From Botryllus schlosseri (lineage: Eukaryota), in NCBI GenBank assembly GCA_051294905.1, contig CM119372.1:17176001-17240000 (forward strand): a stretch of 64,000 nt of DNA. Direction: 5' to 3'. Both the position numbers and the translations under genes were made by a program. The stretch's first letter is position 1, and every line of letters starts with the position of its first letter. Shown in pieces: positions 1-13,022 of this stretch. The notes beneath the pieces are model-generated. The model was not told where the DNA came from. It ran no database searches and saw only the letters and a list, made by a program, of their open reading frames with translations.

Positions 1-1223
1 CACGCTGAGACGCTCTAACATTCCCAGAACCGAATACTCGCGTGGAAGATACCCGGGCAGGCTGTCCGCTTGAGACACCTTGCTCAGCGTTTGTCTCAAT
101 TCTTTCTCATTATCGACGTCAATCGTGTACACGTAAGGCTCACCTATATACTCCTCGGCGTACGGGTTTTGAGACGTGATCTCGCGAAGAGTGGGTTTAC
201 CTTTGTAAAAATCGTTGTTGAGGGAAGAAACGGGCTTTGCGTATTTCGGATTCAAAAACACGGCCCCGTGCTGGATGGCTTCCAACGGAGCCGGGCCTTC
301 GAATGGAAATCCCAGCCCGACGAACAACTTGGTTTTACTCAAAAGCTTAGCTAGCACCGTTCTGTTTACGAGTCCGTGGTTGATTACGAATCTCGGCAGC
401 CTTTCAACGCCAGCAACTGTGGCGTGAACTTCAAAATATTCGCTCACAATCTTCAAATACTTATCTTTGCCGCGCCAGAATTCTTTTGATTTTCCGTAAA
501 CGAGAGCTATCTTCTTTGCGTCCTGGGTCTGCCCCGTTTGGGCGGAGATGTCCGGCGGAAACTCGGTCACAAAACCGAGAAATGTGTTGTCTGGGGTGTG
601 CGGGAACATGGTGTTGAACTGTTGTAACTTGACATCCAGCCCATTGTATTGAGTTGCTGCGATACCTAGTCGGTCGCGGTAGGGCGGATGATTGAACAAA
701 GCTTCCGTACCGAAGCTGTCTACAATTCGGCAACGGCACCGAATCGGTTGGAATGCGCGGTCGCCTAGTTTTGTCTTTATTACGTTATATCCGTTGATAT
801 CGGTGTATACGATGTCAAACGGGATATTTCTGTGCTCGTACACAGATTTCGGCGTACACGTTGAGGAGGTGGAAAACAGTTTCATATATTTACTGTAATG
901 GAAAGCTATCTCGTTTTTCTGGTAGGAAATTATGACCTCGTGACCTATGGAATGAAGCGAAGCGATCACATCACTCCATTGTACCAGCTCTCCAAGCGGC
1001 CCTCCTTTCCACGCGCTTGTTCCTATCCCTGTAGTCAAAAGACCAAGATGGATATGAATTCTCTTTTTATCGAGGGCCGGTATGTTCGAGAAGAGATTTT
1101 TCGTTGCCCGTGTCCACATGGATTCCATGGTCGAAATGCGGTGCTTTATCCACGAATAGTCTGCGCTTTTTGAGAGTGTGTAGTACAGCTGGCGAAAGTC
1201 ATAACGAGGAGAGCATTTCGCTT
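1..1223 (-). CDS. MGAT5: MGAT5-like alpha-1,6-mannosylglycoprotein 6-beta-GlcNAc transferase (GT18), large catalytic exon (coding exon 3; continues past window start)
   Basis: Open minus frame after acceptor tttctatag| translates GGPLGELVQWSD, DIVYTD, DSFGTE, QQFNTMFPHTPDNTFLGFV, FVGLGFPFEGPAPLEAI and KPTLREITSQNPYAE, matching MGAT5 motifs. It is absent from the ORF track because there is no stop in the window. Confidence 0.96.
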
Positions 1224-2607
1224 CTATAGAAAGTAAAGGTGGATGAGTCAATATGAGTGCAAACGACGAATGGTGACATGGGTTGTGAAAAAAATATATG
1301 TCTGATGGCGGGGAAAAATTGACCATTGCGTCGCAGCACATAAACATTAGATTGTGGCGTCTCGATTAATGGTGATTGATGGAGGAGTATATTCGTCCAA
1401 TGACTCCAACCCTTTATTATGTCATTCTGAAAATGATATGAATACGCGTCATATTTATATACGCAGGTAGGCCTATGTCGGTACGTCTATATCAATAGTC
1501 GCCAACTCAAAACGAGCCGCTTGAATTAAATATCGCGATAAAAAAGGCCACACAGTGAACCATCGTTTTAAAAAGTTCACGTCAGTACACAACGCTGTGC
1601 TCTCTAACATGGGTGACGGGTATATTTACCACAAAAGAAATGATATTTTATCAAAGAAATACAAACACAACAAACAATATCATGACCACACCTTTAATTC
1701 TATTTTGAGCTATGAGCTGCGCGCGCTAATTTACAAAAGAAATACAAACACAAGAAATAAAATGATGATCATGCCTTTCATTCTATTTAGAACTATGAGC
1801 TGCGTGCGATAAGTGACAACACGTTGTAGCGACTAAAGAATCCATATTGGGGATATAGCTAGACACGGCACTTGCAGAAAACTACCTGCTCGTAAAGCTT
1901 GGTCTTGTGGGGAAGCTTCAAGTCGTTTTCTAAGCCTCTAGGTCTTGGCAGTGTCTGGGCCAATTCATGTCGAGGCAATTATGTCCAATTGCCCATATGC
2001 ATATTAGCTAATTCCTCCTACGCGAAATGCTATTATACCTATCATCATCGAAGCCGTATCAACTCGCGAGGAATAGTGATGTTGGACGCAGGAGGATAGC
2101 ATATTTCGAATCACATCAACAATAATTTTAAACTGAAATCAATATTAGCATTTCACAATGCTTTACTAAGCGTTCTTCTAAATCAGGTCGCGTGTTGGTG
2201 ACCTCTAGTGTATGCAGTGGTCGGAATGGGCGTAAAGACGATTTTGCTCTACAAAGATAGACTGTGATGATATACAGTCGAACCGTCGATATGTTTTTGA
2301 AGTCACTGCTAATATACTCACCGACAGTAAACTGGATATAGTGAGTAGAATATAGTACCTACCTATATTTTACCAATCTAAATGCAAATTCTTGAATATA
2401 TCCTTGATGTAACGTCCTCAATATGGTGTTATGTGCCTATCCTACCGGGTACAAAGTTGTTCCGTCCAATTCACACGGCAGCAAGATCGGATAAGCCATG
2501 TAATGGGTACGATTGTAATGTACGATTTATGGAATAAAGTTCAGTGCGATAACTGCTTTACTGCGGCAGCTTCAATTAGCTATAAGGAATTTCAAATGTA
2601 CACAAAC

Positions 2608-2922
2608 CTGAAAAATATGCCGACCGCTTCGGATTTTCATATGTAAGGGGCGGACAGTATTTTTCTTGCGTCGATAAATATTTCAAAATCGAGCAGTTGT
2701 CATCCGCCCTGACTCCCTGCGTCCCATAGCATTTGATGGAGGCTGCGTTATCCTGCATCCATTGCATTTTAGTAATACAATCTGGCCACGGGATTCCATC
2801 CACTACTATATCTGGTGGATTACAGGAATGACTCGAAGTCTTTACCGAAAGGTCATCAACATTACCGTCTTTTCTATACGAAAGTGTTCTGGAGAAAGAT
2901 GCATGTGTTTGTGTACCAATCT
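2608..2922 (-). CDS. MGAT5: MGAT5-like coding exon 2 (stem and Cys-rich N-terminal lumenal region)
   Basis: attttcag| acceptor and g|gtttgt donor, both phase 1. Encodes DGIPWPDCITKMQWM...CYGTQGV...CSILKYLSTQEKYCP, like MGAT5 DGYPHCEGKIKWM...CY..YGV...CSFFIYLSEVENWCP. Confidence 0.9.
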
Positions 2923-3265
2923 CTGAAAATAATACAAATTAGTTTATTAGTTAAGTTCAATAATTGGATATATTTTTGTTGTGCCGTAGCCTTTTTCTCC
3001 GATTGACTTTCTGAAGCATAGAGATAGAAATATAATTTCGACCTGAGAGCCATGCAGGTAGTCAAAGTTGGCCATTGTTCGTACCGGTATATATAGAGCT
3101 ACATCATCGTCGTAAAATCCTACTCGTCATTAAAGTCGAAGTTGCGATTTTACAACATACCAAATTTTCTTCAAGCAATAGATATCAAAAAATTTGGAAA
3201 GTATTCAAGTATCCAAGTACATTGAAGAAGTAGATTGGGACGAGGCATCGCAGATAGCCTACTCG

Positions 3266-3732
3266 AGTGCGGAGCGGATCGAAAAATTCTCTGGTCCTAC
3301 TCCGATCCTGCTTTTTAAAGCTCTGGTCCGACTCCGGTGCGACTCCTTGGCCGGATTCTAGAAATGACCGAGATTCGGTCCGAAAAATTTCGATAATAAT
3401 TATTATCTATAGCCTACTCACAGGATGGTATTGAATAGTGATTGAAACAATGCAAACAGGAAATTAAAAACTCAAACATCAAGCCCAATCTTTATTCAAA
3501 GCTGGCTAATTAAGCCAACTTGGACTTTTAGCGTACGGCTTATGTCCACGAACGTTTTAGTTTAACTATTGATTCGAGAGAAGAAGGTAAGGCCATCCTC
3601 TTCTTAGTAAAAGTACTCATCCGGCGCCGATCCGACTCCGGCCGTTCCAGAAAAAGTACTGATCCGGCACCGGCCAAAAATGAGAAAATCCGGCCGGATA
3701 TCCAATCCGGCTTCGGTCCATGCCCCGCTCTC
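3266..3732. mobile_element. Non-autonomous DNA element with TCCGA/TCCGG subterminal micro-repeats
   Basis: Clusters of tccgactccgg/atccgg at both ends with imperfect inverted termini. Architecture resembles 45976-46492. Confidence 0.5.
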
Positions 3733-4122
3733 TGCTCACTTGCGGTTGACAGCTTTTCAAAATTGCAAGATGCATCTTCGTGACCAATGCAAGATAACGA
3801 ATTGAGAATAAAGCATCTGCAATTTTCTATTACCGCAAATTACATATAGCCTATTCTACATTCCACCTCTACATCGTCCAGTTGCCATGCCAATTCCATT
3901 TATCAAAAAGTGTGGAAACTTTAAATGCAAATTAGCCTACTATAACATGAAAGCAAATATACAGTAGTTTTGCTTTCAAAAACTTTGGAACTGCAAGTGG
4001 AAGTATAGTCTATACTACATTACAATTGTGCAAATGCGTGTAAGGAGAATATGCTTTTGTGTCGATATTTCCTGAACTGAATCGTCCACTGCGCAGTGCG
4101 CAACTTACACTTAGTTACTCAC

Positions 4123-4267
4123 CAATGAATTGCCGAACTTCAGAACCGGTTGATGCAATCTTGCGTGAAAATATCCGGTCAAAAAACATATAAATCAACC
4201 CGTGCGTCAATACGAAAGCGGTGATCCCAAAGACGAACGCTTTTCTAAGGCTACAATACCGCACCAT
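4123..4267 (-). CDS. MGAT5: MGAT5-like coding exon 1 (type II membrane anchor)
   Basis: ATG at 4267 gives MVRYCSLRK plus a hydrophobic AFVFGITAFVLTHGLIYMFF segment. The g|gtgagt phase-1 donor fits exon 2. A probable 5'UTR intron lies at 4271-4465 (cag|gtaag donor). Confidence 0.8.
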
Positions 4268-5786
4268 TACCTGAACCACAGCGAAGAACACATTTTTAGT
4301 ATCGGTAATGCCTTCCAACAACTATGATGGGCGAATCGTACGTGCACTATGCAAGTACTAAACCACAAACAACAACTAAACCAATACCGAATTCATGATA
4401 TTGACAGCACTGAATTGACTCATTGTTGAATAACATCTACACTCTGGTATGTTATCAAATCTTACCTGAACCTTAAATTGCCCTTACGAACAACTGTCAG
4501 TCGAAGCAACTCTAACAGTTCATATTCAACGCCAAGGCGAAACAGATCGAAACGTATGCTAACGATTGCCGCATCGCTCCAGGCAAAAGTTGGACCTGTT
4601 CCGGGAAACAATGTCTAGCCAGCGAAATACTCCATAAGCCAATCACGCGGTACTAACAACTAAGCATTAGCAGCCCCGCAGAAGCTCCGGACCACACTGC
4701 AGAATGGCATGCTAAATGCTAACCGAGACGCCGCTGCTGATTTGAACATCGTCTCAACGCTTGCACAGCACACGTTTAAACGACCGCGAATATTCAGATC
4801 CCATTTGTATTAATATTCCTGTATGAACGTAAAAACTGAACAGACTCAGAATTTTACGGAACTTCTGAAGTCTACACTAGACTAAGTAATAAGGCTGAGG
4901 GCCTTCATTGAAGGTAGGTTGTATTCAACGGCGGCTTTCATGTGGTGCTGTTTTACTAATACATCGGATCTCAAGCCACGTACTCGCGTACTTTATGAAC
5001 GATGAATTTTGACAAGTTGATTGAGCAATTTCCTTGAGATAAATTTCCATCCCTTCTACTGGGCTATCTTACTTCAATTCCACAAAGTAGTTGCAAAATA
5101 TTCATTTGTAGCGTCCGTCGGTAAGTTGCATTTTCCAGTTTCGAAAATTATTGCGTCCTATTGTCACTCAATACTCAACGCCACATCAACAATTATGAAG
5201 CTTTCCGTAACATACTTCTACAAAATTTGGTACGATTGCTTTTAACTTGACTTGAGCAAGAACGCCGTCTGCTTTGATGTTATGGATTGATTGTTTAAGA
5301 TCAGTCACCAATTCGCGGAGGTGGTCAAGATAATGAATATGATACTTGAGTTAAAGTGAAAGTATTGTCTTAAGTTGCTACTCAATTACAAGAATCGACA
5401 TTTGAGACATGCCAAAACAACTTAAGGTAGACATATGAAGACTGAAAATTGCCCTCAAGTAAGCAGGATGAGCAGAAAATTAGGACGATTCACCATACAT
5501 ATTCAAAATTGCAAGAAGCATCTTTGCGATTAATGTGGAATGGATGGGCGTTGGGCCCATCTTCCGAATTTATAGTGTGTTACTATATATACCTAGCTGA
5601 CATGGGACTACACCAACATAGTTTGCTGTGTAAATTTCAGTCATAAAATTGATACAAATCCATCCAAACTCTACATTCTACTTGAAATGCAAAACATAAA
5701 AACTTGAAAAGTACTTTGTTTGGTATCAAAATCTGCTACAGTATAAGCGGAAGTAGTATAAAACATCAGCACTTGAGCGTGTAGAC

Positions 5787-6097
5787 CAGTGATTCCCAAC
5801 GTGGGCGATTTGGCGGTCTGAGGGGCGAAAACGGACGAAGGGGGCGATGGCGCGTTAAAACGGCTACATTGGAGTCAAGTCGGAGAAATGACCTTCTATT
5901 TTAGTTGACTCACGAAAATTTAGCTGAAAAAGTGTAATTTTGAGGTCGAGCCGAAAAGTCAACCTTACTATTTTAACTCGCCAGTGATTACAGTTTGTAT
6001 GCCCATTTTTCGGTTCCCCATATTGGGGGGCGGGGGGCGATGATCGGTGTGGAGCTTGAAAAGGGGGCGATGAGTCGAAAAAGGTTGGGGAGCACTG
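5787..6097. mobile_element. hAT (Charlie/Buster-type) MITE
   Basis: TIR cagtgattcccaac/gttggggagcactg with perfect 8-bp TSD gtgtagac. Confidence 0.85.
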
Positions 6098-6331
6098 GTG
6101 TAGACAAAACCCACCGTAACACTTGTCAATGTGAAGTAGCAGCAAGCACATTTAAGAAAGCCTACACAAAATTCCCATTATTGGGTTCCTGATCGGGTCC
6201 CAAACACGCATGACCAACGGTCCGCAGAATTTCTCCACATCACCGAGATGGTGTATTGTTGCGGAGCACGGACACTCGTGCGGGCATGACACTTGCTCAG
6301 TTCACTTGGCCTATACTTGGCATGTATCCCT

Positions 6332-6496
6332 TCAGCTTTGTACACGTGGCAATTCCATTAGCTTCCAACGTCTGACATGGTATCGAAATTTTCCCTTCGC
6401 CGTTTCCTCTCCATCGGATAGGACAAGTACTCTTTTTAAAACAATCTTATTGTCGTATACTTCCAATATAATATCGATTGTATCACCAACAGACAC
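6332..6496 (-). CDS. MTRES1: MTRES1 (C6orf203) last exon
   Basis: ctctttag| acceptor. VSVGDTIDIILE...KRVLV...EETAKGKFRYHVRRWKLMELP* matches the MTRES1 C-terminus VKVGDTLDLLI...KYRVVLRRWKSLKLP. Confidence 0.9.
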   Translation of the reverse strand: MSVGDTIDIILEVYDNKIVLKRVLVLSDGEETAKGKFRYHVRRWKLMELPRVQS

Positions 6497-7477
6497 CTAA
6501 AGAGAAATATGAGAGGTAAACAGAGCAATGACCACAGCTTCTGGAAGGAATCCTGTTTACTTTAGTAGGGATGTGCAAATTCGAGTAGGCTACATGGGTG
6601 ATTCAATTCCAAGTCGTATATTTGAGTACTGCCTGGCACCATAACAATAATAATATCATAGAAAGTGCTGAAGTCTATCTATTCAGTCGGCGACAAGGAA
6701 AGCAATGCCAGTAACACATCAAAATAATTTTGTAGTTCCTGACCAAGACTATATTTCATAGCACTTTGTAACAATGCTATGGTTTCATTAATAACTCCCA
6801 GAAATGTCGTTCACACCATAGGCGCTGAACTCTAATTTTCCTTAGGTATGCGGGATCGATGACGTCACAAAGGGCTGACGTCATAGTGCGTCAGAATTGA
6901 CAAATGAGCAAGCGTTCAATATCACCTGTCTCTTGTATATGGTGACAAAATTACGATAGTATTAAGCAGGCGCGCAGCCAGCACGTGCGCCGAAAATAGG
7001 GAGATTTCAATCACTCGCCTCGAGAACAAACGAATACGCATCTTTGGAGATGGCTAATAAACTTAAGTTACAGCAATTATTCTCACAAATGGAAAGTCTG
7101 TGCTGAACTTTTTTCATTAGTCACTCTGATTTCAGGGGAGTCAGAAGTTTCGATATCAAGAGCCTGCAAGACATTTTCTGATCGTTCTGCTTTAGTATTA
7201 GTGTTAATCAAAATCAATTACGCCGCTGTCTGTTCAAGATCAGTATGTATTTCAATCAATTCCGTCCATGTTCAATGTCTGAGCCAGTCTGACATCGCAA
7301 TCACAGAAAACGTGATAGTTCCGGCCTGCGCATCAGATATCATATCCCGACACAGCAGGAGATGACAATCACCACATTTCGCCCAATAGAAATTGACATC
7401 TTTAGTAACTCAAACCTTGAGACACATCTTCTGATGGTTATGTTTAAGTATTAGCGGAAATCAAGTACGCATGTACG

Positions 7478-8742
7478 CAGGGCCGTAACAGCACTTCGTC
7501 AGCCCCCCCCAAAACGTTGGTCTTGGGACCCCCATAGGGTGATAAACCAAATATCTGGGGGGCTTCGCCCCTCCAGACACCCCTGGGCTATACGCTGTTT
7601 ACCGCTACTCATCATCTGTGTTAAGCGTCCGTTCAGTGGGTGGTCTATTCTCGTCTTGACACAGAACGCGCGAAAAATTTCAAAATTCATTATTGAATCG
7701 GTCAATATGATCGGTAATTGAATATGTATTGTTATCAATTTTTATCCTCTCTCTGCCCACGCAATAAGATTTACCGGTAGAGCTGAGTGAGGTGTGTTTG
7801 AAATGGTAGGACTCCTCAATAATAATTAAAGATCTTCGGGCGTATACCCGTTCGCAGGAACGAAACAGCACTTGGCCAGCCCCCCAATAGAACTTGGTCT
7901 TGGCCTCCCATAGGGTGATAAACCGACCCCCCCCCCATCACGTTGTTCACTTTTGTCACGAAAAAAGGTCCACAGTTTGGTGAGCCAGCGCGAAGCGCGA
8001 AAATTTTTGATAATTCATGATAAAATCGGTCAATAATATCGGGAATTGCATATATATTGCTATCAATTTCTTGTCCTCTATTTTCACGTTATCAGATTTA
8101 CCAGAAGAGCTGAATGAGGTGGCTTGGAAACTGCAGGGCCCGTAAATAATAATTAAACATATTCGGGCGGGCGGACCCGTTGGTATGACTTCGTTTCATG
8201 ATGTCATTTCGTGATCTCCTGTCTGTTATATCAAAAAATACAGAATGGCCAAAACGTACTAAACTAACGACGCACACGATTTCAAATTGGTATTTATCTT
8301 CTGAGGTTAAGATTGCCAAGACAGGAACATTCGGCGCCAGTCATTTAGGCGCGTATGGACAATTAAACCTACATGTATTTTGCATATATAACGAAGTTTT
8401 CGGTCAGCGTAAGAGGGCAGTCCTTTTTGGCCCAGGTTTTCTCGCTGCCGATCGTTCGGGCACACTTCTCGGAGTCGCATGTTACATGTCCTAAATCTTT
8501 AAATGTCTCGCCGATATGTCCATTTCGATAAATCTTGCGTATTTTGTCTTGGGGAAGAGTACCAAATAATTAAGAAACTTGGCAACTTGAAATCGCGCCC
8601 AGCGCAAAAATTTTTTGAAAAAGTTGCATAAATTTTTGAAAAATACTCCATAATTTATGCTAATTCGGGAAATAATTTTGGGCCACCATCGAGCTCGCCC
8701 CCCCCAATTGGGGGTTTTGGGGTGCGGCAGTTACGGTCCTAG
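7478..8742. mobile_element. Non-autonomous DNA element with CAGGGCCGTAAC/GTTACGG termini
   Basis: Inverted termini and an internal duplication. Homologous sequence recurs at 34679-36790 and inside the GTAATC elements. Confidence 0.65.
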
Positions 8743-8970
8743 TATCCTTTATCAAGTACGTGGTAAACTATTATTGAAAAATAATGAGACCTGAGAGCAC
8801 AGCACATGCAACAGCATCTTCGTCTTTTATAACCAAATTTCAATATATCAATGTATAGTGCATCACTTTCAACCTGGGAGACTTCTTAATTTCAGGCACA
8901 TAAAAAATTATTGAAACTAGCGTCAGTGACACTCCCCATTAGAGGTAGAAAAAGTTAACACTAATATCGA

Positions 8971-9217
8971 CACGGTGGTATTAAAGGAAGTCATGTCCAT
9001 TTTTACAAATTTTGAGATCCATTTTTAAAATTGATAGAAAATCAAGTTTTTGTTTTATTTTCATTGTTTTGGCTATAACCTGGTCATGTTAATGTTTGTC
9101 TCCCTGTTTTGAAGTTAATCACGGCCAAGCTATGTCCGAACGAGAATGAAAACTTCACATAAAGTTAATTTTCTCAAAATTTGTAAAATGGACATAAGTC
9201 ACTTTAACACCACTGCG
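8971..9217. mobile_element. MITE with ~45-bp terminal inverted repeats
   Basis: cacggtggtattaaag...atgtccatttttacaaattttgaga is mirrored by tctcaaaatttgtaaaatggacat...ctttaacaccactgcg. The TSD is unclear. Confidence 0.65.
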
Positions 9218-9333
9218 ACGATATGCTAATGACCGACATGGAGCATGCAGTATTAATTTTACAAGGTTTGGATGTATTCGCTAATTGCTACGTCTGCTAC
9301 TGTTCGATCCTCCATCCATACGTGAAACAGTAC

Positions 9334-9531
9334 CTTAGTCGTTTTCTTGACAAGTTTCTTTCCATTCAGTCTCATATTTCCATTGTAGAAGGCTTCTTTT
9401 GTTTTAGCGGATCCTAGTGATAGAGCTTGATTTGCGATGGAAGCTACTCGATTAGAAGTAACAACAATGTTCAGGTCTTTATATCCAGGGTGTTGAGGAA
9501 GGGATGAGACGAAACGAACACATTGCCACCT
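9334..9531 (-). CDS. MTRES1: MTRES1 exon with S4-like RNA-binding domain
   Basis: GYKDLNIVVTSNRVASIANQALSLGSAKTKEAFYNGNMRLNGKKLVKKTTK aligns with MTRES1 DYKDL...SFRYD...VEDAFYKGELRLNEEKLWKKSRT. Both ends are phase 0. Confidence 0.92.
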
Positions 9532-10177
9532 CTGCAATTAATATAAAAAGATAATTACCAGGATAATAAATCAAAAGATATTAGTCATACACCAGAGTGG
9601 AGTATGCGGCAACATCACGAGCAACTTTCCGTTCAATTGCATCATTATTCTATGCAAGAAACTCTTATGTCACAGATAACTTATTGCCGAAAACAACCCC
9701 CGTTTCCAGTATGGGTCATACACAAAGCAGTTACAAGACATCTTACCATGCATACATACAATACAATGTGGAGCTGGAGGAAAAGTGCAATGAAACATTA
9801 CAATGATCACAGCTGAGAAAAAGGGACGATATACAATACTTCAGTAATAAAATGGAAGGTACTCAAACCAGCTGGTCTGCTTAATCTGAAATGAAAGTAG
9901 TTTCACTTGAAAGATATCCCAGTTTGGCGGTTTCTCTGTAGGTGCAAGCGCAAAGCGGCCAGACGTGAGATCACTAGTTAAATAGGATCATTATCGCCAA
10001 TCTACTCAGTATAGTATACCCATTATTGAGTTTGTATAGGCAAGGAATATCCAATATCCATGATATATTGTGAATGTGAAATGGTGATAATAATACAGAG
10101 TAGACACAGTTTTTAAAAAATGACCATCCAAGTTGAATGCAGTTTATTATTTTGATGTTAATCAAAATATTACTAAC

Positions 10178-10378
10178 CTTGCCATGTGCCTGGGAGGAAT
10201 TGAAAATCGTACTACAGTGCACGCTCCCAGAGTGATGTAGATGCAGATAGATAAGATTTTTCAACGAGCGGGTTTGCGAAAAACGTGTAGACAACCAAGT
10301 GGCAGATGAGCAAGTTAGCTTCGTAGTGTGTATTCTGCAGATTGTTCTGCCTATAATTGATGCTGTCGCAAAAAGCAT
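10178..10378 (-). CDS. MTRES1: MTRES1 first major coding exon (mitochondrial presequence)
   Basis: MLFATASIIGRTICRIHTTK... is R/S/T-rich with no acidic residues, and the aag|gttagt phase-0 donor joins the next exon. An upstream micro-exon at 10706-10715 (atgaaatatg|gtaagt) could add MKYA. Confidence 0.75.
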
Positions 10379-10719
10379 AGCTGAAAGTTAACAGGATACA
10401 AAAGCATAAGGAAGGCAATAATCCAATATGACAGAAAGGTTAAAATGCTGTTTCGCCAAGTGAAAATTCAGGAGCCATTCCATGTCATGGCCTATACAAT
10501 TTGAAAGTTCAAACGCCACCACAAAATAAAATGCGTCATAATTTTCACTTCTGATTTGACTAACTCTAACTATCCAGAGTCACAAACGAAACCGCATACC
10601 GGTAATTATCCAGGGATTCTAGTTATCCCTGATTTATCGCCAGTACTCAGCTACTCACTGACCAGACACCTCCAATCTCGAATTCTTTCTTAAAATTCTA
10701 CTTACCATATTTCATCAAT

Positions 10720-11329
10720 CAGTAGGGCAATTTTTCTTCACATGTAAAAAAAATGTCAAAATTTTGTCAAAATTGTATAGCGTTAGGTCAAAAAAAGTCA
10801 AAATACTTTTGCAAAGTCAAATTTTTTTGTAACCCGCATTTCGTTTGTATCGTAGATTTTGCACTGTCGGTGAACTTGTCATTATTCATTTGACATTTTA
10901 CAGCTTGTAGCCTACTTTATAGGCCTACCGTTGTAGACGGCCCATTCTCTGCTCATTGTGAATAATAAACATTCCAACGAAACAAATAGGTTGACATGGT
11001 GTTTATGCGTAACACACCGCAATATCCTAACTGACGCAAGACCGAGTGGCCGTAGCCTTATTTCTATGATACGTGATGTAACTACTGGAATGCTTCATAC
11101 GGCCAGATTTCGTTTAAATAAAATTTTCTGATGTCAAAATTTGTCAGTTTTTGAGTCAAAAAAGTTTTTTCGGGCCAAACTACTTCGTAAGGACAGACAG
11201 TCCCAACCACATTAAGTAGGGATACACCTGATTCGCATACGTTAGGTCAAAATTAGGTGGTTAAAGGTCAAAATTTTCATTATTTTGGTCAAAATCTTCC
11301 GATTTGTATGTAAAAAAAATCGTCTTACT
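10720..11329. mobile_element. MITE with GTCAAAA subterminal repeats
   Basis: Imperfect TIR agtagggcaattttt/aaaaaatcgtcttact, with many gtcaaaa motifs near both ends. Confidence 0.6.
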
Positions 11330-11409
11330 CATCAGCAAAGTAATTAGCAAAGTGTATGATATCAGTGCAGCCAATCATGCGTGATTCTTATCCATTGAGG
11401 TTCGCGGTG

Positions 11410-13022
11410 ATTGAGCATGGGTTCGGATTTAGGAAAACCGGATTTGCGACATTTTGCCGAATTAGGATCGGATTAGGATTTTATTTTTAATGGATTAGGA
11501 TTAGGATTGGATTTATCGATTCGCGAATGGCGTCAAAGTTTTTCGTCCTACAACGATTTTATAAAGTTTGAAAAGGTATTACTCGGAGGTGGTCAGTAAC
11601 GATGAAGTACTTCTACTTTTTGGAAGTACTCAAGTAGTTTTGCTCTACTTCTGGTACTTTCTCAAGTAGATCTAATTTTCTCTACTTCTGCTTGGTAGTA
11701 TTTTGTGATCTACGTACTTAGTTTTCGCTATTTTCAGTTTGTCAAGTAGAACCCCAATACGAAAGATAGCCTGAGGAATTTCGGGGCTGTTTTCACGGAG
11801 TACTGACATTTAATAATCATAAAAGTCAAGTAAAGCCCAAAAAATGTTTTTACGCTTCGCGCACAGTAACTATGGAGTGACAAATATGTTCTCACGAAAG
11901 TATCTGTGAATATAATTTAGTTACCAGATTGCTTGGTTCCGCTCACACCGCATTGTCACCCATATCAAATTACAGTAAATATGGCCCGTTTCGCAATCGA
12001 GCAATTACACCATTCATATCGTAATCTAGCATCCCATGTCGTGTCCTGCTAATCTGGAAAATCCAGCTTTTTTAACGTTACACCTGTTTTAGCAGATCAC
12101 CTTTGAAGCTTTATGGACAAAAGACATGAAATATATTTTCCGCTTTTTAGAAGTGGTATTTGTATTTCACTTTCATTTCCGAGTACTTTGAGTTCTAATT
12201 ACTTTCAGTTCTTTTTATCTGCAGAACATATATGTTGAAGCATTAAAGCAAGTGTAAATGCCTCTATTTTCCGAAAATAAAGCTACACTAAATATAAATT
12301 TTACGATCAATAATATTTGTTATTAAGGTATACTAATCGCGCAAAGTGTCGAAACCGTATCCGATACAACTTCTCCGTATTGCTCTTCGCCCAAACTTGG
12401 GGCCTTATAATATGGGGTAGGGCGCCATAAGCTATTCAAGTAAAAGTAGAAGTAGCGACGAACAAATCTACTCAAGTACGAGTATAAGTACTTCTTCCAT
12501 AAGCCAAAAACTAAAACTACTTGAAGTAGAAGTAGAATTTACTGACTATAAATCAACTCAAGTAAGTAAGTAGTTATGAAAACAGTCTTAATTCGCTCGC
12601 ATTGACTGTCAAACGCTGCAAATTGAGCTATGCGGAGGGTGCAGAGAGCTGGATTCGTATTGATGCATTCCAGGCGGCATCAATTTTCGACAGAGTAAGC
12701 ATTCTTTCACATCATGGGATGCAAATTATAGCATTGATATAAAAATGCGATACTAACCCTTTGTTTACTAGAAGACCCCGTTTTAGAGAACATCATGGCA
12801 TTTCTTGACTACTTTGACCACCTCTGGATTACTTCATGTAATTTCACACTCAATCAGCTTTTTATTTCATTTTACAGAATTATATAGGCATAGGATGTAG
12901 GCTATAGCTTTTTAAAGTTTGAATCGGATTAGGATTCGAATATACAAAAGTTCTGGATTCGGATTCGAAGCTTCGGATTTGGATTGGATTAGGACGTAGA
13001 AATTTCAAATCCGCTCATCTAT
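11410..13022. mobile_element. GGATT-repeat DNA element interrupted by an AGTA/TACT-repeat element (11584-12826)
   Basis: ggatt arrays at 11420-11520 and 12920-13015. The nested element has TIR c(g)gaggtggtca/tgaccacctctg and aagta arrays. Confidence 0.6.

Noticed and set aside
8971..9217. Transib/RAG-like RSS termini (cacggtg)
   Set aside because: There is no 5-bp TSD or nonamer, and the palindrome extends beyond the heptamer-like sequence.
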